DNA of 46,389 nucleotides from a virus (Duplodnaviria; Heunggongvirae; Uroviricota; Caudoviricetes): IMG/VR virus record IMGVR_UViG_2850808358_000009; one strand, 5' to 3'. Shown piece by piece: positions 41,254 to 46,389 of this stretch (position 1 is its first letter; each line of letters starts with the position of its first letter). The notes under the pieces were generated by a model. It saw only the letters and a program-made list of their open reading frames with translations, ran no database searches and was not told where the DNA came from. The position numbers and the translations under genes were made by a program.

Positions 41254-41387
41254 AAAAATCAGATGAGCACTTACAGTTTAAATTACGGGTCCCCCGCGCA
41301 TTAGCGGAGGAGTTAAAGAAAACAGCAAAGAAAAATATGCGTTCAGTAAATGCAGAAATATTATTCAGACTTACAAACACAAACTAA
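41250..41387 (+). CDS. Arc-like ribbon-helix-helix protein (not in ORF track)
   Basis: Manual translation from GTG after a GGAGGG SD: VKKSDEHLQFKLRVPRALAEELKKTAKKNMRSVNAEILFRLTNTN; pattern parallels P22 Arc (QFNLRWPREV...GRSVNSEIYQRV). Confidence 0.55.
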   Translation: MKKSDEHLQFKLRVPRALAEELKKTAKKNMRSVNAEILFRLTNTN

Positions 41388-41728
41388 TCATCTTCACTCT
41401 TTGTGGGGTTCAAATAGCTTATAATTAAGCTATATAACCTCTCATTTTCCTTATCAAGTTTATATTTTTCTTTGACAAGCTTAACAAAGCCTTTTTTATA
41501 TTCATCACCATGTTCAGATGATTCCAAAAAACGCTTCCAGGTATTACTATCTGATAACTCCCCCTCGGAATCTTTATATGTTATGTGAACTAAAACATTA
41601 AAGCTTTCTTTGAGACGATGGAGTACTTCCGCATTCATAGACCGCTTATTTTCCAGAGCTGCTTTTTCTAACTGCGCTTTCAGCTCCGCAGGTAAACGGA
41701 TCTTCATCTGTGCATCTTCACGACTCAT
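41384..41728 (-). CDS. Mnt-like ribbon-helix-helix repressor with C-terminal extension
   Basis: N-terminal MKIRLPAELKAQLEKAALENKRSMNAEVLHRL RHH motif; start moved to the ATG with a GAGGTG SD; divergent from the operator region. Confidence 0.6.
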   Translation of the reverse strand: MSREDAQMKIRLPAELKAQLEKAALENKRSMNAEVLHRLKESFNVLVHITYKDSEGELSDSNTWKRFLESSEHGDEYKKGFVKLVKEKYKLDKENERLYSLIISYLNPTKSEDD

Positions 41729-41764
41729 AGCAAACACCTCATAAACTCAATCACCAAATTATGC

Positions 41765-41826
41765 ACCACGGTGGTGTTGACATCAATGAACCACGGTGGT
41801 TTACTAAAAATGAACCACCGTGGTTC
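41765..41826. promoter_or_regulatory. Three palindromic operators overlapping a TTGACA promoter between the Mnt-like gene and the Rha operon
   Basis: CACCAC-G-GTGGTG, AACCAC-G-GTGGTT and GAACCAC-C-GTGGTTC centred about 24 bp apart; TTGACA at about 41777..41782. Confidence 0.55.
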
Positions 41827-41842
41827 TATCGAGGTTAACGCT

Positions 41843-42019
41843 ATGGCTATTCAGATCACGCAGTTACATCAGGCAGATATTTTCGGGTATATCGCGGACA
41901 TGCTGGAAACAGCAAGACTTCTCAGTTCGCTGGAAAAAGGAGAGCAGTTAGCTTTTGAATTGATTTATTTTGCGCAGCAGGCCGCAAGGGAAGCTGCAAA
42001 CAAGCCGTGGGATGAATAA
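41843..42019 (+). CDS. Hypothetical small protein, first gene of the operator-controlled operon
   Basis: About 58 aa from an internal ATG just downstream of the operators. Confidence 0.4.
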   Translation: MAIQITQLHQADIFGYIADMLETARLLSSLEKGEQLAFELIYFAQQAAREAANKPWDE

Positions 42020-42078
42020 ACAAAACGCGCTGATAGTTGCAGCTACCAGCGCATCTTTTACTGAATGAAGAATACAGC

Positions 42079-42885
42079 ATGAATACTTTAACACTGATAA
42101 ACGATACCAAGCAACCAATGATGGGCAGCCGGAAAATTGCAGAAGTCACTGGCAAACAGCATAAGCATGTTGTACGGGATATTCTGGCTATGCTTGAACA
42201 GTTACAAATCTATAGTCCAGATTTGGATGATGATGATTTTAAAGGATTTATTATCAAGCGCAAAGAATACAAGGGACGTGATGTCATCGACGAGATTTGG
42301 CTTGATGAAAATCTTTCCATGACTCTCGTCACCGGTTACGACGCAAAACGCCGGCTGGCACTCATCGAACAGTGGCAGGCGATGAAGATTGAATTAGAGC
42401 AACCTCGTCCGGCATCATTACCAGTGCCAACTCCTGCAATTCAGGTAAACGACAACATCGTTCAGTTTGCCCGTGTCGTTGCAGAAGCTACGGCATCCGC
42501 AACGATGAAAGCAATTGTCGAAGTGATGGCTCCCCGGCAAGTTCAAAACGTAACGCTTTCAACTCTGGGACATGAAACCAACTGGGTAGAAGACTTAAAA
42601 CAACAAGTCAGAGAGTCACAACCACACAGTAACGGTGAATATGTCCCCGTCAGCAAAGCAGCATGGAAAACAGGTTTATCTGATTCAACATGCCGGAAAT
42701 TGATCGGCTTCGCCAGGATACCGGTACGTTCAGACACCGGTGTTCGGGGATTGCTCGTTAAGCTCCCAGCGATCGAACAAGCAGCTCAAAAGCTGTTAAA
42801 CGAATCGACACCGCCGAAAGGTAACCGCAAGCGCTGGACACATCCGCAGTTTGGCAACTTCACCTACTACACCGATCTAATCTGA
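42079..42885 (+). CDS. Rha-family phage regulatory protein (ORF6N domain, antirepressor-like)
   Basis: N-terminal GSRKIAEVTGKQHKHVVRDI matches the Rha/ORF6N signature as recalled; start moved to the internal ATG. Confidence 0.6.
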   Translation: MNTLTLINDTKQPMMGSRKIAEVTGKQHKHVVRDILAMLEQLQIYSPDLDDDDFKGFIIKRKEYKGRDVIDEIWLDENLSMTLVTGYDAKRRLALIEQWQAMKIELEQPRPASLPVPTPAIQVNDNIVQFARVVAEATASATMKAIVEVMAPRQVQNVTLSTLGHETNWVEDLKQQVRESQPHSNGEYVPVSKAAWKTGLSDSTCRKLIGFARIPVRSDTGVRGLLVKLPAIEQAAQKLLNESTPPKGNRKRWTHPQFGNFTYYTDLI

Positions 42886-42928
42886 CATTATTGCGCGGGA
42901 TTACCCGCGCCCTACTGGCTAAAACACT

Positions 42929-44323
42929 ATGGGACAAATTTTCACCCCCCGCCCGTATCAAGACCTGATCATCAATCACCAAATCGAAACCCTGCGCGGC
43001 AACATCTGGGCGGGGATGGGAATGGGTAAAACCGTAGCAACACTCACCACGCTGGAAGATCTCTTTATGGCAGGGGCAGAAACACGCCCCGCACTGGTCC
43101 TCGCGCCGCTACGCGTTGCAGCAAGCACATGGCCGGATGAAGCACTGAAATGGGAGCATCTGCGCAATATCGAGGTACAGCCGATTGTTGGTAATGCCAA
43201 AGCGCGCTCTACGGCGCTGGCGAACAGCAACGCAAGCGTGTTCACCATCAACTACGATAACCTTGTCTGGCTGGTTGAAGAATTGGGAGAACGATGGCCG
43301 TTCGGTACTGTCATTCCGGATGAAAGCACCCGGCTAAAATCCTTCCGGCTGCGAGGTGGTGGTAAGCGCGCGGCGGCGCTGGGCAAAGTGGCGCATAAGT
43401 ATGTCCGGCGCTGGATAAATCTCACCGGTACGCCAGCACCGAACGGCCTGGTAGATTTGTGGGGACAAGCGTGGTTTGTGGACCAGGGGCAACGTCTCGG
43501 ACGCACTTACGGCGCGTTTACCTCACGCTGGTTCAACTCGATACAGTTTCCAGGGCAGAGCTGGACCAAACTGGAGCCGTTTGCTCACTCACAGGCTGAA
43601 ATACAGCGAGCATTAGCCGATGTGACCCTCTCGCTGGATGCGGCCGACTGGTTCGATATCAAAGCCCCCATCCATAACGTAATCCGCGTGGATATGCCGC
43701 CGAAGGCCCGTCAGCAGTATCGTGAAATGGAAAAGGAAATGTTCCTCGAGCTGAATGGCGAAAGCATCGAAGCGCCAAACGCTGCGGCAAAGACGCAAAA
43801 GTGTCTTCAAATCGCCAGTGGCGCAGTATACACAGACGACACCGGAAGTTGGTCAGAACTGCATGACACCAAACTACAGGCGCTGGACAGCATACTGACC
43901 GAAGCAGCTGGCGCGCCTGTGCTGGTTGCTTATCACTGGAAACACGATCTTGAACGCTTGCTTAAAGCATTTCCTCGCGGTCGTCACCTCGACCAGGATC
44001 CACAGACACTACGTGACTGGAATTCCGGAAAGATTCCTGTTCTCTTTGCACACCCAGCCAGCGCGGGCCACGGTCTGAACATGCAGGACGGCGGAAATAT
44101 ACTGGTATTTTTCTCACACTGGTGGGACCTGGAGCAGTATCAGCAAATTATTGAACGTATCGGCCCCACCAGGCAGATACAGGCCGGACACAATCGTCCG
44201 GTATTTATTCACCACATTATTGCTGCCGACACTATGGACGAAATGGTGATGGAGCGGCGCAACTCAAAACGAACAGTGCAGGACATCCTGCTCGATGCCA
44301 TGAAAAAGAGAGGTATAGCATGA
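42929..44323 (+). CDS. SNF2/DEAD-like superfamily 2 helicase
   Basis: 464 aa; PYQ, Walker A GMGMGKT, DEST Walker B and LTGTPAPN motif III. Confidence 0.7.
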   Translation: MGQIFTPRPYQDLIINHQIETLRGNIWAGMGMGKTVATLTTLEDLFMAGAETRPALVLAPLRVAASTWPDEALKWEHLRNIEVQPIVGNAKARSTALANSNASVFTINYDNLVWLVEELGERWPFGTVIPDESTRLKSFRLRGGGKRAAALGKVAHKYVRRWINLTGTPAPNGLVDLWGQAWFVDQGQRLGRTYGAFTSRWFNSIQFPGQSWTKLEPFAHSQAEIQRALADVTLSLDAADWFDIKAPIHNVIRVDMPPKARQQYREMEKEMFLELNGESIEAPNAAAKTQKCLQIASGAVYTDDTGSWSELHDTKLQALDSILTEAAGAPVLVAYHWKHDLERLLKAFPRGRHLDQDPQTLRDWNSGKIPVLFAHPASAGHGLNMQDGGNILVFFSHWWDLEQYQQIIERIGPTRQIQAGHNRPVFIHHIIAADTMDEMVMERRNSKRTVQDILLDAMKKRGIA

Positions 44324-44520
44324 GCGAGAAACCCGACGATTTACTCACCCCGGATGAAGTATGCCAAAAGTTAGGTATTACACAAAAAACGCTATGTGAG
44401 TGGAATATTAAGCATCGTCATCGGGCTATCCTGGCACCAATTCGTTTCAGTGCAAAAGTAGTTCGTTATGAGCGCCGAAATGTCGACGCTTTTATTCAAA
44501 AGTGTCGCAGCCAGTATTAA
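44320..44520 (+). CDS. Excisionase-like / AlpA-type HTH DNA-binding protein
   Basis: 66 aa; LTPDEVCQKLGITQKTLCEW HTH; adjacent and convergent to the integrase. Confidence 0.55.
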   Translation: MSEKPDDLLTPDEVCQKLGITQKTLCEWNIKHRHRAILAPIRFSAKVVRYERRNVDAFIQKCRSQY

Positions 44521-45914
44521 CCTCGCCGCCGTAGCAATGCCACCTGCGCAAGTATGCTCCGCTCGTGAGCCTCGAAAGCTTCGCGCTTCAACGCAATCTC
44601 TTCCTGTAAAATCTCATCAGAAAAGTCGTAATGTTCTGCCATCGGGTCATCTGACTTACTGGAGTGGTGAAGGCAAAGGAGGCTGATTTCCCTTCGGTCT
44701 GAGCGGGAATAGCCTCTTTCCTTCATCAAGGCAATAACATTGCTCTTAAGGAATTTACGGCACATCGTATTAAATGCACCGTCTTTCCCTTTAACAGTCC
44801 CATCATGTTTTATTCCTTTTACAGCCCCGTCCGGGCTGTATGTTTTCACTAGCTTATCCAGTGATCGTTTTGAAAATGGCTGCATTGGATCACGCGGCTG
44901 CAAAAATACATAATCCCTGTTGCACTCAGGAACTGAATCACGCCATGCTTTCTGCTCGTCGATAATCCGCCGGATCTCCGGCGTTATTGGCAGGCGGAAA
45001 GCCTTTTGTGTTTTCATAGCCCCTCGCATGCCGATAACCCCTTCAGGATAAACAATTTCGCCAGTCTCCTCGTGAACGTAGTCCCAGCGCAGGTTATGGA
45101 CATTAATCGGACGAACGCCGGTGATGATCATGAAGCGAACAGCATTCTTCTGGTGTACAGAGGTGCAGGCGGCAACATTGAGCCAGAGCCGGGCGATTGA
45201 CTCAATATCGGTAAAAAGCCGTGTGGGGGTGGGTTTCTGTACGCGGGAGGAAACATAATCATCTGGCAGACTGGCGGCAACATTGCGGCCGTTGCAAAGA
45301 GTAGGTGCGCAGAACTTCCAGAACCGACGGAGCTCGGCAAACAACTCCAGGGCGTTATTGTTCGAGCGAGTGGCGATCCACTCGTCCAGCACTTCCACCA
45401 GCCGACTGTATGTTACGTCGCTGAACACCTCACGCTCGCCGAACGTTGCTTTAATCCGGTCGATACGCACCCCGTAGGTTGTGAAACTGTCCGGGCTCAG
45501 CTTCTGCCGGGCGACTTTGGCTTTGAGGTCATCCCGGTACATTTCCAGCGCTGCATGTACGGACTCTGCCCGCAAGCCACAGTCAGCCATACCTAGCGCT
45601 TTTTCGCGCGCCAGCTGGATAGCGAGCTCCGGCCACTCGCCGAGCTTTTTACCCTTGAGGCCCATCTTTTTTGGAAACTCGGCGTAAAATGTAACCTTAC
45701 CGGCTTTGCTGAAATCGATACGGAGATAGTTCTCTTTTTCGTATTTGGAACGGCGAGCCACGCCGGAAGCAGCGAGGATGATTTTGGCGGCAGCAACACA
45801 AATTTTCATGTGTGCGCTGGTATAGGGGGGTTTACAGGCGTCCCATTTTTCAGATGCGGCTAAAACATCGTCATTATTGGGGCTATCCGGATTATGTGTT
45901 ACAGTGCGCGGCAT
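44517..45914 (-). CDS. Tyrosine integrase
   Basis: About 465 aa from the ATG with an AAGGA SD (ORF-track start 45920 is TTG); C-terminal catalytic-domain character; last phage gene before chromosomal yfhL. Confidence 0.75.
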   Translation of the reverse strand: MPRTVTHNPDSPNNDDVLAASEKWDACKPPYTSAHMKICVAAAKIILAASGVARRSKYEKENYLRIDFSKAGKVTFYAEFPKKMGLKGKKLGEWPELAIQLAREKALGMADCGLRAESVHAALEMYRDDLKAKVARQKLSPDSFTTYGVRIDRIKATFGEREVFSDVTYSRLVEVLDEWIATRSNNNALELFAELRRFWKFCAPTLCNGRNVAASLPDDYVSSRVQKPTPTRLFTDIESIARLWLNVAACTSVHQKNAVRFMIITGVRPINVHNLRWDYVHEETGEIVYPEGVIGMRGAMKTQKAFRLPITPEIRRIIDEQKAWRDSVPECNRDYVFLQPRDPMQPFSKRSLDKLVKTYSPDGAVKGIKHDGTVKGKDGAFNTMCRKFLKSNVIALMKERGYSRSDRREISLLCLHHSSKSDDPMAEHYDFSDEILQEEIALKREAFEAHERSILAQVALLRRRG

Positions 45915-46119
45915 TCTCAATCCTTATCTGCGTAGGCGCAGAAAACAAGCTCACACATACAAGTCTTTTCTACGGGACAAAATGCAATGTGTTGCGGCTT
46001 TGTGTTACTGGACTGAGTTTATCAGGGTTAAATACACTGGATCAACATACAGTAAGTTAATGACAGTAAAGCATATAAACTCGATACAACTTACTGATTT
46101 TAAAATGATTTAACGGTAA

Positions 46120-46389
<270 letters not shown>

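Overview
Nearly the whole window (about 1..45.9 kb) is one integrated temperate phage in an Escherichia/Shigella-type chromosome; the last gene (46129..46389) is chromosomal yfhL-like ferredoxin, next to the phage integrase. Layout from right to left: integrase and excisionase; a plus-strand early operon carrying a PolA-type replication/recombination module (small membrane protein, DUF2800-like nuclease, DUF2815-like protein, two Bro-N paralogs flanking an intein-containing family-A DNA polymerase, DUF4406-like, VRR-NUC, an Arc/Mnt-like repressor pair with palindromic operators, Rha-like regulator, SNF2 helicase); a divergent cI/cro immunity region; a minus-strand primase-helicase with an iteron origin; antiterminator Q; lysis cassette (holin, lambda-R-like endolysin, Rz with embedded Rz1); terminase, portal and head genes; a contractile (myovirus-type) tail module; two tandem tail-fibre/chaperone cassettes; and a convergent ipaH-family E3-ligase effector gene at the window start. 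The most unusual item is an intein in polymerase motif B whose HNH endonuclease is encoded in a different reading frame while the polymerase frame stays open through it. Also notable: a duplicated promoter / leaderless micro-ORF / terminator element before each Bro-N paralog; a candidate G-GT -1 frameshift in the tail chaperone; and three homopolymer-associated frame breaks (tape measure, CI repressor, a head-tail gene) that point to prophage decay or homopolymer sequencing errors. CDS coordinates follow the supplied ORF track, with some starts moved to internal ATG/SD sites. Short-motif coordinates were read by eye and may be off by 1-2 nt; at one homopolymer my manual reading disagreed with the track by one base. 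All family names come from recognising the translated sequences from memory, not from database searches.
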